Counted from the first letter of the stretch, positions 42,879 to 57,448 are shown. The stretch is 64,000 bases of DNA from Dehalococcoidia bacterium (GCA_965262235.1 OZ253504.1:13081-77080), one strand, 5' to 3'. Program-made: numbers and translations. The notes: generated by a model from the letters alone, not told the origin.

Positions 42879-43310
42879 CCTCTCCTCGTTGCAAGCCGCA
42901 CCCGATCCATCCGCCGCAACACCGTCCCACGAGCGGTGACCGCTTCTTGCTCGACTTCTGGGTATGCCTTCTCACGCATCCGGGACGAGCCACATCTGAT
43001 CCGCGCCGTTCGCGCCGGGCCACCCGTCGCAAGCGACGATGCGGTATCGCATGCGGAAATTCACGATCCCGTTCCACGTCCCCCCCAAAGGCGACGCACT
43101 TGTACCGACATCTGCCCCGTACTGTCGATTGCGACTGTGGATCGCGGTACCTGTTAGCGCGCCCGGCCTCACGTCGCTGCTGACGACGAACTGCCCCACG
43201 GCGACCACCAGCACCTCCCCGGATGAGGGCCGCGGGCCGCCCGATCGAGCTGACCGGTGTGCTAGGTTGCCGCCACATGCGGTGACCAGTCGGCCGGAAG
43301 GCGGTGCGGG

Positions 43311-44249
43311 ATGCGTGTTGCAGTACTCGGTGGGAGCGGCTTCATCGGCCCGCGCGTGATGCGTGGGCTGGTCGAGCACGGACACGAGGTCCATTGCATG
43401 GACATCGCTCCGGACGCTCCAGCGCTCGATCCGCTACGTGACCGGATTCAGATCATCCGCGGCGACATCACCCTGATGGACGATGTCGTCGAGGCGCTCA
43501 CGCTGAGCAAGCCCGACCGCGTGCTCAACCTCGCGTACGCCCTGGGTGCGTCTGAGCGCGACCCCCACCCCCAGGTGCGGCTGAACATCCTCGGCATGGA
43601 TAACTGCTTTGAAGCGGCTCGTATGCTCGACATTCGGCGTGTGGTCTACGCGAGTTCGCTTGCCGTCTACGGTCCGCAGCGCCTGCACGGCGACCGCGCG
43701 GTGACCGAGGCGGATCTGCGGCTCGGCACCGGCATCTACGCGGTTTCGAAGACCTTCAACGAGCACCAGGCCGACTGGTACAACCGCGCGTTCGACATGG
43801 CGATCACCGGCGTCAGGCCCGCGAATATCACGGGTCCGGACAAGGTGCGCGGTTCGATGAACCACGTCCAGTGCCAGGTGCTACCGGCACGCAACGAGCC
43901 CGTCAGCTTCCCGTATCGCGACACCATGACCCTGCCCCTCCACGTCGAGGATATCGCCGAAGTATTTCTGCGTGTAACGCTCGCCGAGGAGACGCACTAC
44001 TCGATCTACAACTCGGGCGGAAACCCGACGAGCATGGGCGACCTCGCAGCTACCGTACGCGAATTCCTGCCCGATGCAGAGATCACGTTCGACGCGGACG
44101 AGGGCGGGCACGAGGGCTCGGGACTCTATCTGATGGACAACTCGCGTCTCGTCGAGGAGTTCGAAATCCAGTACGCCCCGTTCCCCCAGCGCGTGATGGA
44201 AACCATCAACGAAGTCCGCCGCGCCGGAGGCCTCCCCGCAGTCGGCTAG
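43311..44249 (+). CDS. NAD-dependent epimerase/dehydratase (extended SDR)
   Basis: 'VAVLGGSGFIG' Rossmann motif and 'YAVSK' catalytic Y-x3-K. Confidence 0.8.
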   Translation: MRVAVLGGSGFIGPRVMRGLVEHGHEVHCMDIAPDAPALDPLRDRIQIIRGDITLMDDVVEALTLSKPDRVLNLAYALGASERDPHPQVRLNILGMDNCFEAARMLDIRRVVYASSLAVYGPQRLHGDRAVTEADLRLGTGIYAVSKTFNEHQADWYNRAFDMAITGVRPANITGPDKVRGSMNHVQCQVLPARNEPVSFPYRDTMTLPLHVEDIAEVFLRVTLAEETHYSIYNSGGNPTSMGDLAATVREFLPDAEITFDADEGGHEGSGLYLMDNSRLVEEFEIQYAPFPQRVMETINEVRRAGGLPAVG

Positions 44250-44370
44250 CACGGTGCGCTGAACAACGGCCCGATCGGGATGTGGCGGCTGCTGGGGTAG
44301 TCGGAGTATCCTCGCCCTGCGACAACCCTCACACGACTTCCTGGTACCGAGGAAGCGCAGGCAGACCAAC

Positions 44371-45945
<1,575 letters not shown>

Positions 45946-45957
45946 TGAGCCACAGTC

Positions 45958-46380
45958 ATGCCGCTCCAACTGGACCACCTCAGAGACTCCATCAAGGCGC
46001 TGGTCGACTTGCTGGCAGTCACCGAGAACGAAGCGCGCATGGCGCAATTCACGGAAGTCGAACGCAACGGCATTCGCGCCGGCGTCATCCAGAATTTCGA
46101 GGTCACCTACGAACTCGCTTGGAAGCTGATCGCGCGTTGGCTGGAGACCAACATCAGCACCGATATCGTGCGCGACGCCACGAGACGCGAATTCTTCCGT
46201 ATCGCCGCCCGATATCTCCTGATCGCTGACGTAGCTGACTGGATGCGCTACCACGAAGCGAGGAACACGACCTCCCACAGATACAACAAGAAAATGGCGG
46301 AGATCGTCTATCTGGCCGCCAGGGACTTCGCCCATGACGCGCAGCGACTCCTCACAACACTGGAAGCGCGCAATGATTGA
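45958..46380 (+). CDS. HEPN-type nucleotidyltransferase substrate-binding protein (HI0074 family), HEPN half of an MNT-HEPN pair
   Basis: 'VIQNFEVTYELAWKLI' and 'HEARNTTSHRY' (Rx4H) match HI0074/NTase_sub_bind. The stop overlaps the next ATG. Confidence 0.8.
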   Translation: MPLQLDHLRDSIKALVDLLAVTENEARMAQFTEVERNGIRAGVIQNFEVTYELAWKLIARWLETNISTDIVRDATRREFFRIAARYLLIADVADWMRYHEARNTTSHRYNKKMAEIVYLAARDFAHDAQRLLTTLEARND

Positions 46381-47881
46381 CCTCAACCCGCATCACCTCG
46401 AGACGGTCAAGCGCATCCTCGCCGAGCATGTGCCCGACTGCGAGGTGCGCGCCTTCGGCTCGCGCGCCACCTGGACCGCGTGGGAGTACTCGGACCTCGA
46501 TCTGGCCGTCGTCAGTCACGAGCCGCTCGATCGGCGAACCAGCGCCAACCTGCGCGAAGCGTTCGAGGAGTCGGACCTCCCAATCCGCGTCGATGTCGTG
46601 GATTGGGCAACGCTGACAGATGGATTCCGGCAGGCAATCGAGGGAGACCTCGTCGTACTGAAAGAAGCAGCGACATCGAGCGACTGGCGCGAAACCACAC
46701 TCGGCGACGTGATCGAGCTGAAGCGTGGCTATGACCTTCCTCAACGCGAACGTGTGCCCGGTCCCGTGCCTCTCGTCTCCTCGTCTGGAATCAGCGACCA
46801 TCACTCGGAGGCCAAAGTCAAGGGTCCCGGAGTGGTGACAGGACGTTACGGCACGCTTGGACAGGTTTACTACATCCAGGACGACTTCTGGCCCTTGAAC
46901 ACGACACTCTATGTCCGTGATTTCAAGGGCAATGATCCGAGGTTCATCAGCTACTTTCTGCAGGGTCTCGATTTTTTCGCGTACTCTGATAAAGCTGCGG
47001 TGCCGGGCTTGAATCGAAACCATCTCCACACGGCGATCGTGCACCTCCCCCCACTCGACGAACAACGACGTATCGCCGGCATCCTCGGCGCCCTCGACGA
47101 CAAGATCGAGCTCAACCGACGCATGAGCCAGACCCTCGAAGCCATGGCCCAAGCCCTCTTCAAGTCCTGGTTCGTCGACTTCGACCCCGTCCACGCCAAG
47201 GCCGAGGGACGGTCAAGCGGCCTCCCGCCGAACCTAGACGCGCTCTTCCCCCACTCGTTCCAAGAGTCGGAGTTGGGCGAGATCCCGTCGGGCTGGGAGC
47301 TAGGGTCACTGGGCGATGTGGCGACGGAGCGAAGGCGCACGGCGAAACCGAGAGACGTTGATCCTGCAACGCCATACATCGCTCTGGCGCATATGCCGCA
47401 ACGGAGCATCGCCCTCAATCAATGGGCCGTCGCAGAGGGAATCGAAAGCGGCAAGTTCGCCTTCAAACGTGGGGAACTCCTATTCGGCAAGCTCCGCCCC
47501 TATTTCCACAAAGTTGGCGTCGCGCCGCTGGACGGGGTGTGCTCCACCGACATCGTGGTGGCAGCTCCCAAGTTGCCGGGCTGGTTTGGATTCGTCCTGG
47601 GCCACATGGCCAGTGCGGCGTTCGTCGACTACACCGACGCGGGATCAACGGGCACGCGAATGCCGCGCACAAGCTGGACACGAATGGCGCAGTACCAGAT
47701 TGTGATGCCGCCCGACGAGGTGGCAGCGGCATTCTCCGCGAGCATCCGCCCGAGCATTGACGGCATGATCTGCACTACCCATAAGTCACGCACGCTTGGC
47801 GTTCTGCGTGATACGCTGATGCCACGCTTGATCGAGGGGGCGTTCAGGAACGATACGTACAGGTCCGGAGGACATGGGTGA
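46373..47881 (+). CDS. hsdS: Minimal nucleotidyltransferase (MNT, HI0073-like) domain fused in frame to the Type I R-M specificity subunit HsdS
   Basis: Residues 1-100 carry 'RAFGSRATWTAWEYSDLDLAV' (NTase fold). From 'WRETTLGDVIELKRG' on there are two TRDs and the central 'PPLDEQRRIAGILGALDDKIELNRRMSQTLEAMAQALFKSWFVDFDPV'. No stop or ATG separates the two parts. Confidence 0.7.
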   Translation: MIDLNPHHLETVKRILAEHVPDCEVRAFGSRATWTAWEYSDLDLAVVSHEPLDRRTSANLREAFEESDLPIRVDVVDWATLTDGFRQAIEGDLVVLKEAATSSDWRETTLGDVIELKRGYDLPQRERVPGPVPLVSSSGISDHHSEAKVKGPGVVTGRYGTLGQVYYIQDDFWPLNTTLYVRDFKGNDPRFISYFLQGLDFFAYSDKAAVPGLNRNHLHTAIVHLPPLDEQRRIAGILGALDDKIELNRRMSQTLEAMAQALFKSWFVDFDPVHAKAEGRSSGLPPNLDALFPHSFQESELGEIPSGWELGSLGDVATERRRTAKPRDVDPATPYIALAHMPQRSIALNQWAVAEGIESGKFAFKRGELLFGKLRPYFHKVGVAPLDGVCSTDIVVAAPKLPGWFGFVLGHMASAAFVDYTDAGSTGTRMPRTSWTRMAQYQIVMPPDEVAAAFSASIRPSIDGMICTTHKSRTLGVLRDTLMPRLIEGAFRNDTYRSGGHG

Positions 47882-49311
47882 ACTCACAGTATCATTCGCG
47901 CATTAGCCGTCTTGAAAGGGAAATCGCGGGGCATGACAAAACTATAGGAACACTTGCCAAACAAGAGGCCGATTCGGTAGCCAAGATAAACAAGGCGCAA
48001 TCCGCCATGAATAAGGCCGCTAGTATCTCCACGCGCAACTCCAAGGCACGCGAACACGAACGGGAGACCAAACGCCTTGCAGAAACCAAGAAAAAGCAGT
48101 CCGACATCTCAACGAAGCGTGCGAACGCGACGAAAACACTTCGCGACTACCAGAAGCGCCAAGCCGGTGCGGACGAATCCGCGCGGAAGCGGGAAGCGCG
48201 GGAACAACGAAAGTTGATGCAGGAACGCGAATCCCATCAACGGCGCATGAATCAAGCAGCCACAGAATCCTCGTGGCGTTTTGAGGCTCAGCCCCAATCC
48301 GATAACACGACTGATGTTTTACAGCTAGAAGAGGATCCGATGGCAGACGTAGCGAAGCAAAACCCAACAGCCTTCGTTTCCTACTCGTGGGACAACGAGG
48401 AGCACAAATCGTGGGTTCGTGATCTGGCCCGCCGGCTAAGGCGTGACGGCATTGACGTCAAGCTTGACCAGTGGGAGACCGCTCCAGGTGACCAACTGAC
48501 AGCGTTCATGGAGCGTGGCGTTCGCGAGCATGATTTTGTCGCGATCATATGCACGCGTAAGTACAAGGAACGGTCGGACTCTCGCGCCGGTGGCGTCGGG
48601 TATGAGGGCGACATTATGACCGCAGAGGTCTCACGGGAGCAGAATCATCGCAAGTTCATCCCGATCTTGAGGAGCGGAACTTGGGAGACAGCGGCCCCCT
48701 TCTGGGTGGAAGGCAAGTACTACATCGATCTTCGCGGGAATCCGTACGATCAAAGGGCATACCATGATTTGCTCCTAACGCTGCGAGGAGAGCGCTCAAC
48801 GGCGCCACCTCTTGGACAACGTCAGACCAGAGATGCAGAACCGGCGAGAGGCACCGAACCCGACCGACGCAAGGAGAGCGAAGAGGCGGGCGGAGCAGAC
48901 CCAGAAGAAATACGTATTACTGGAGTCATTGTCGACGAGGTAACGGAACCCACCAACGACGGCAGGCCTGGCAGTGCCTTGTACACTGTCCCACTCAGGC
49001 TTTCCGCAACTCCCTCAAGCGTTTGGTCGCAACTCTTTGTCAGAAATTGGAATAGCCCGCCGACGTGGACGCCAATGCACCGCCCCGGCATCGCTCGCGT
49101 TAGCGGAAGTAAGGTCCTGCTTGAAGGGACGATGATTGAGGAAGTGGAGAAAGTACACCGCGACACTCTCCAGGCAGTGGTTAGTGCCACCAATCGGGAC
49201 TACGGGATCTACGTGGCTGACTTGGAACGCAAACGCCGCTCGAGGGAAGAGGAGCGAGAGCAGCACCACCGGACCGTGGGCGATGTCGCGGGCAGAATCA
49301 CATTCGAGTGA
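47878..49311 (+). CDS. Coiled-coil / TIR-like (TIR_2 or SEFIR-type) domain protein with an unknown C-terminal domain
   Basis: GTG start overlaps the hsdS TGA, with GGAGGA 6 nt upstream. Residues about 155-290 read 'AFVSYSWDNEEHKSWVRDLARRLRRDGIDVKLDQWETAPGDQLTAFMERGVREHDFVAIICTRKYKERSDS'. GC is about 55%. Confidence 0.6.
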   Translation: MNSQYHSRISRLEREIAGHDKTIGTLAKQEADSVAKINKAQSAMNKAASISTRNSKAREHERETKRLAETKKKQSDISTKRANATKTLRDYQKRQAGADESARKREAREQRKLMQERESHQRRMNQAATESSWRFEAQPQSDNTTDVLQLEEDPMADVAKQNPTAFVSYSWDNEEHKSWVRDLARRLRRDGIDVKLDQWETAPGDQLTAFMERGVREHDFVAIICTRKYKERSDSRAGGVGYEGDIMTAEVSREQNHRKFIPILRSGTWETAAPFWVEGKYYIDLRGNPYDQRAYHDLLLTLRGERSTAPPLGQRQTRDAEPARGTEPDRRKESEEAGGADPEEIRITGVIVDEVTEPTNDGRPGSALYTVPLRLSATPSSVWSQLFVRNWNSPPTWTPMHRPGIARVSGSKVLLEGTMIEEVEKVHRDTLQAVVSATNRDYGIYVADLERKRRSREEEREQHHRTVGDVAGRITFE

Positions 49312-49328
49312 TCGCAAGTGTGTAATCG

Positions 49329-52463
<3,135 letters not shown>

Positions 52464-52661
52464 CGGCGCAGGCAGCGCGGTTGCAGGTCCCCGCACGGTG
52501 ATGACCGGCCGGTGCGCCACGCCGAACCGAGTCGAAAAACCCAGTGACTCAGTTCGCACTGACCTATATTCCGGCGCCTGTCCACTCGTCAGCCAACGCT
52601 CGCCACCGACACGGTTCCAGACGAAGGCTCCCTGCGCTCCACCGTGTCGGGAACTCGGCGA

Positions 52662-55600
52662 TCACCGGGTGTTGCCACAGTGTCTGAGCTTCGGGTTGCT
52701 GAAATCGCGGATACCGAAGCTGAATCGCTCCAGCCCCCCCGGAATGCACCCCTCGAGTCTGTTGCCGCCCAGATACAGAAGGGTCAGGCGCGGCAACGTC
52801 CCGAACCCTGTCGGGATCTCGCCGGTCAATTCGTTGCCCGACAACCCGATGGTCTGCAGCTTGCTCAGCCCGGCCAACTCCACCGGGATCTCGCCGCTGA
52901 GCTGGTTGCTGCTCAAACCAAGGTGTCGGATCTCCGAGAGCCGGCCGAATTCCGGAGGGATGGGGCCGGTCAGTTCGTTGCCGCTGAGCTCGAGCACTTG
53001 CAGGTCCAACAGCCTGCTCAGGGCGAGCGGGATCCGGCCGCCCAACGCTCGCCTCGACAGGTTGACGGCGATGACTCGACCGGACCACGGATCGACCGTC
53101 ACTCCGTCCCACTGGCCCAAGGCGAGATCAGCGCTCCAGTTCAGCCGGGCGTCAACAGCCAGCACCTGAGCAGCTTCGAGCAATGCCGCGCAATCGGCGG
53201 CGCTCGCGGGCGAGTCGCACGAACTGATCAGGTGCGGCGGTTCCTGTCTACGAATCGAGGCCGCAACGGAATCGAGCAGGAGTGGGACGTTTCGGCCGCG
53301 GGAGTCTCTAATCAGCTCGCGTCCCAGTTCCGCTCCGCTGACGGCGTCAATCTCGATCAACGAACCGCTCGACTCATCACGCAGCAGAATGCTGCGGTAG
53401 CAGTCGCCTTCTCTTGCGCAGATCGTCTCGGCCCGTTCCAGCGTCAGCCGCATTCCGCGCGGCACGTCCGCGATGAGGTAGTCCGAATACCCGATGTTGT
53501 AAGTCCTCCCACCATCAACAGGCTGAAGGATGTACATCCAGGGGAAGCCGTTGCCTGCGAGCGGAAGGTCGAGCGGTTGCACGCGCGCAGACTCGACGAT
53601 GCGATCGAACAATGCTGAGACGCTGACCTCGCATTCATGAGGACCTTCGGTGACCGAGCGAGCGAACTCGTCACCCTTGAACGGATCGATCACCACGTGA
53701 GAGTCACTTCTCTTTTCCACGATCTGAACGAGAATCTGCCCGTTGTCGTCGCGGTACATCTCACCGAGACTGAACTCCCCTTGCTCTGGAAGATCGACCA
53801 CGAGCTGGAACGTGACTCGGTAGGCGCCCGACCGCTCGGTGGAATCGCGGGGCATATACGGAATGTCGTCCTCGCCAAACGAAAGAGTCGATTCGATCGA
53901 GGAGCCGTCATCCCACGTTGCCGGACACTCGCAGTAGCGGAGCCCCGCCTCTTCGCGGTCGAACACTGAGTCCTTGAGCGCGATCGGCATGCAACCATCG
54001 AATTGGTTGCCGCCCAGCCACAGATACCAGTCCCATACCGCATAGATCTCCGTGAACTCGTGCGGAATCGAGCCGGTCAACCGGTTCCCGCTCAGATCCA
54101 GCCAGCCCCCGTCGAGGCGCGCCAGGTCCGCGGGAATCTCGCCGCTCAGCCGGTTATTCGCCAGCCTCAGCTCACGCAGGTTCTCAAGTGCACCGAGCGT
54201 GGCGGGTATTGCCCCGCTCAGCCGGTTATCGGTCAGCCATAGCTCTCGAAGTTCAGTGAGTGCGCCGAGTTCCGCCGGGATCGCTCCGCTGAGCTGGTTC
54301 GAATCCAGGATCAGATGGGTGAGGTTGCGGAGATGCCCGAGTTCGGCGGGAATCTCGCCGGTCATTCGGTTGCCGCTCAGCGACAGCCACGCGAGGCTGG
54401 TCAGGTTTGCCAGGACCGCCGGAATCCGGCCGCTGATCCCTTGACCAGAAAGTCCAAGAGCCCGAACTCGTCCTGTCGATGCGTCCAACCCGACACCGAT
54501 CCAATCCGCGAGCGGGGTGGCGGCGCTCCAGTTCAAGATCTCGGAATCGCCGGCCAGAATTTCCTTTGACTCGAGCAGAGCGGCACAGTCGTTGATCAGC
54601 TCTTGGCTCTGCTCGAAATCGGCCAGGGCGGGGCCGCTCGCGCAGGCTTCGACCAGCAATGGATTGAGCGGGGGCGCCGACACGAGCACCTGGACGGCGT
54701 CGCACCAGGGCAAATCGATGGTCCCGATCGGCGTGCCGTCGTCCCTCACGGGCACCGACAACTTGGACCACAACGCCGTCGGAATGCAGCCGGTCAATCG
54801 ATTGTTGACGAATCCGAAATGGTTCAGGTTCGGCAAGTCGGCGACTTCTTGCGGGATCGGTCCCGTCAATTGATTGGTGTCCACCGACAAATCCCACAGA
54901 TTCGTGAGGTTGCCCAGCTCGGATGGGATCTGGCCTGTCAGCCGGTTGCCACCCAAGCGCAGGAAGTTCAGGTCCTTGAGCGAACCGAGCTCGGGCGGGA
55001 TCTCGCCCGTCAGCATGTTGCCGCTGAGGATCAATGCCTGAAGGAAAACGGCTGCGGCGAGTTCGCGAGGGATCTCACCGCTCAGGCGATTGCCTCCCAG
55101 ATACAGGATCCCCAGCCCGGCCCTACCGAACTCAGCCGGGATCTCTCCGCTGAGCTGATTACCCCTGAAGTCCACAAACCAGAGGTACGGCAGCGCAGCA
55201 ATCTCCACCGGGATCTCACCTTCAAGCTGATTTTCGAGCAGCCACAGCTCTCGCAGTCTTGTGATCTGGCCCAACTCGGCTGGGATCCGGCCGGTTAGCT
55301 TCGAACCGGTGATATGGATGACGCTCAAACCCGAGAGCAGACCGAGTTCTCGCGGGATCTCTCCCGTTAGCTCGTTGCGACGGAACTTCAGTATCCGCAG
55401 GCGATCGAGTCTGGCCAGTCCCGGCGGAATCCGTCCACGCAGGGCGGACTCGATGGAGATCTCGGTGACGCGCGGCGGCCGCCCGCTCACCGTGATCCCC
55501 AGCCACTCTTCGATGGGTCGTTCGGCGCTCCAGTTCAGTTCCTCCGCGCCGCCGCTGAGGGTGTCTCGCTCCTGAAGCAGAACGGCGCAGTCGCGAACGA

Positions 55601-56111
55601 GTTCGGTGTTGCGCTCTGGATTGGCGACGGCCGTCCCATTCGAGCAGTCCGCCAGCGCGCTATCGTCCGTCGGCGGGACATACAGCTCAATGTTCCCGTA
55701 GCGGTAGCGACCCGTCGAACTGAACCCGTCGTCCAGGGCCAATGGGATCATCCCCAGCCTGAGCCACGATTCCCCTTCGGCTCGAGCGCTGATGAAGATG
55801 CTCCGACCATCGGCAACCGCCTGCGAGACTCGCAACTCGACGGTTGTGGCGTCATCGTCCTGCGCAGCAGCGTCAAACGCGATGTCGCCGTAGCGGTACC
55901 GCCCCGAAAAGCTAAACCCGTCGTCCAGCGGCAGCGCCACAGTGCCCAGCGTCAGCCAGGCGCCACCCGCCGGCCGTGCGCTGATATAGAGATTCCGCTC
56001 GTCTCGCTCGTCCTGCCAGACGCGAACCTCGACCGTTGCCCTGTACTGGCTGTAAGCCGTCGGCGTGACGCCGAGGAGCAGGAGTGTCGTCAGGGCCAGG
56101 ATCACGTGCAT
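52662..56111 (-). CDS. Secreted leucine-rich-repeat protein with three plant-type LRR modules, each preceded by an LRRNT-like cap
   Basis: Signal peptide. Repeated 24-residue units 'LxxLxxLxLxxNxLTGxIPxxLGxL'. Three 'LNWSA...W.GV...GRV..L.LS' caps. Duplicated N-terminal ~130-aa domain. Confidence 0.75.
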   Translation of the reverse strand: MHVILALTTLLLLGVTPTAYSQYRATVEVRVWQDERDERNLYISARPAGGAWLTLGTVALPLDDGFSFSGRYRYGDIAFDAAAQDDDATTVELRVSQAVADGRSIFISARAEGESWLRLGMIPLALDDGFSSTGRYRYGNIELYVPPTDDSALADCSNGTAVANPERNTELVRDCAVLLQERDTLSGGAEELNWSAERPIEEWLGITVSGRPPRVTEISIESALRGRIPPGLARLDRLRILKFRRNELTGEIPRELGLLSGLSVIHITGSKLTGRIPAELGQITRLRELWLLENQLEGEIPVEIAALPYLWFVDFRGNQLSGEIPAEFGRAGLGILYLGGNRLSGEIPRELAAAVFLQALILSGNMLTGEIPPELGSLKDLNFLRLGGNRLTGQIPSELGNLTNLWDLSVDTNQLTGPIPQEVADLPNLNHFGFVNNRLTGCIPTALWSKLSVPVRDDGTPIGTIDLPWCDAVQVLVSAPPLNPLLVEACASGPALADFEQSQELINDCAALLESKEILAGDSEILNWSAATPLADWIGVGLDASTGRVRALGLSGQGISGRIPAVLANLTSLAWLSLSGNRMTGEIPAELGHLRNLTHLILDSNQLSGAIPAELGALTELRELWLTDNRLSGAIPATLGALENLRELRLANNRLSGEIPADLARLDGGWLDLSGNRLTGSIPHEFTEIYAVWDWYLWLGGNQFDGCMPIALKDSVFDREEAGLRYCECPATWDDGSSIESTLSFGEDDIPYMPRDSTERSGAYRVTFQLVVDLPEQGEFSLGEMYRDDNGQILVQIVEKRSDSHVVIDPFKGDEFARSVTEGPHECEVSVSALFDRIVESARVQPLDLPLAGNGFPWMYILQPVDGGRTYNIGYSDYLIADVPRGMRLTLERAETICAREGDCYRSILLRDESSGSLIEIDAVSGAELGRELIRDSRGRNVPLLLDSVAASIRRQEPPHLISSCDSPASAADCAALLEAAQVLAVDARLNWSADLALGQWDGVTVDPWSGRVIAVNLSRRALGGRIPLALSRLLDLQVLELSGNELTGPIPPEFGRLSEIRHLGLSSNQLSGEIPVELAGLSKLQTIGLSGNELTGEIPTGFGTLPRLTLLYLGGNRLEGCIPGGLERFSFGIRDFSNPKLRHCGNTR

Positions 56112-56874
56112 CTACGCGCACTCCCACTGAATTCTCGACACGCACCGTGCGGACTAGCGGCGAACATCCAAAGGGTGCTAACCGATGCCGCACACGAACA
56201 TGTGGCGCATGTCACTTGCCGCCCCGGTCCTCTTGGCAACTGTACCCGCGTTTGGGAGTTCGACCATTCTGAGACCCGCGATAGTCGCCGCAGAGCAGCG
56301 GCGAAGTCGGCTCCAGAAACCGGCGGGCGATCGCTGCCCGCGGAGAGCGTTGCTCAAGCGCCGCGAGGGCAGGCCGACTTCCGGTCCTCCAGATCCAGCG
56401 GGGAGGTCAACTCGAAGCTTCTTGATTCTGTCCAGCTTGGTGGCCCATCGCCGGCGCATCAACGAGCCTTTCGCCTGACGGTGTCACTCACCCCTCCCTG
56501 AGCGCTACGAGGCGGTCAAGCAACGGCGACCATCCGCCGACTGAGCGTGCGGCGTGCTACACGGGGGACGACGGGCGGCGCGGCGTGATCGGCTCCGGCA
56601 GCGCGCCCGGCGACGCGCGATCGTTTGAGATGACCTGCGATCCGGTCGGACGTCGCGGCTCCTGATTGGCTGACCGCCGCCGGGAGGCCAACATCTCGGC
56701 AGCTCCGCCGAGCTCCGCTGCGTGCCGTGGGGACACCACTCTCGCTCGAGCGGCTGAACGACCACGTCCGGCCAGGGTGGCTGGGCTGGGCGCGGGCGCG
56801 CGCGGGACGGCGCGCGTTCGTTGACAACGTGCGAGCGGAGGCTGCTGTGTACAGCCGAACTTGCGCATGCGGGA

Positions 56875-57438
56875 TGACGCTGCCGGCCCTGATCGCTGCG
56901 GCATTGGTCGGGTCGGTGTCGGCGAAGGAACCGCCGCAACGCGCAGCGTCGGGCGTGGAGAGCACTGAGGAGGCCAGCGTCGACGTCAGCGGCCGCGTAC
57001 GCGAGCCGGCCGACGGCCGTCTGGAGTTCTGCTTCCAGCCGACTGGTCAAGCGATGGTCTGCCCCGACACCCCGCTTCGTGGACGGGAGCCGTCTGCGAC
57101 CCGATCGGCGGCTGCACATCAGCGAGATCACTTGGACTGCGCCACCTGACGCGGAAGCCGTGCACCCGCTGCAGCGGCGCGATGCCAACGGCTCGTGCAT
57201 CCCCAACTTCGAGCGCCTGTTCGCCGCCACCTGGCGGGTCCACACCACGGCCACGGTCGGCACGGCGTTTCACGTCGGCGATGGCCGATTCGTGACCGCA
57301 CACCATGTGACTGACAACGCGCCGCCGGTTGTGACGCTGACGTTCGATGACCGGACCGTGGCCGCGGCTGTGCTGGGGCTCATGGACGACGACGGGGCAG
57401 CGCTGCCAGCGTTGCGCGTTCGCTCGCTCGACGCCTAA
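56875..57438 (+). pseudogene. Possible frameshifted remnant of a secreted trypsin-like (S1) peptidase
   Basis: Signal-peptide ORF 'MTLPALIAAALVGSVSAKE...' loses coding character near 57075. A +1 shifted frame continues with high GC3 to 'TGTAFHVGDGRFVTAHHV' (His active-site context) and stops about 40 codons later. Confidence 0.25.
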
Positions 57439-57448
57439 CATTCGCGCC

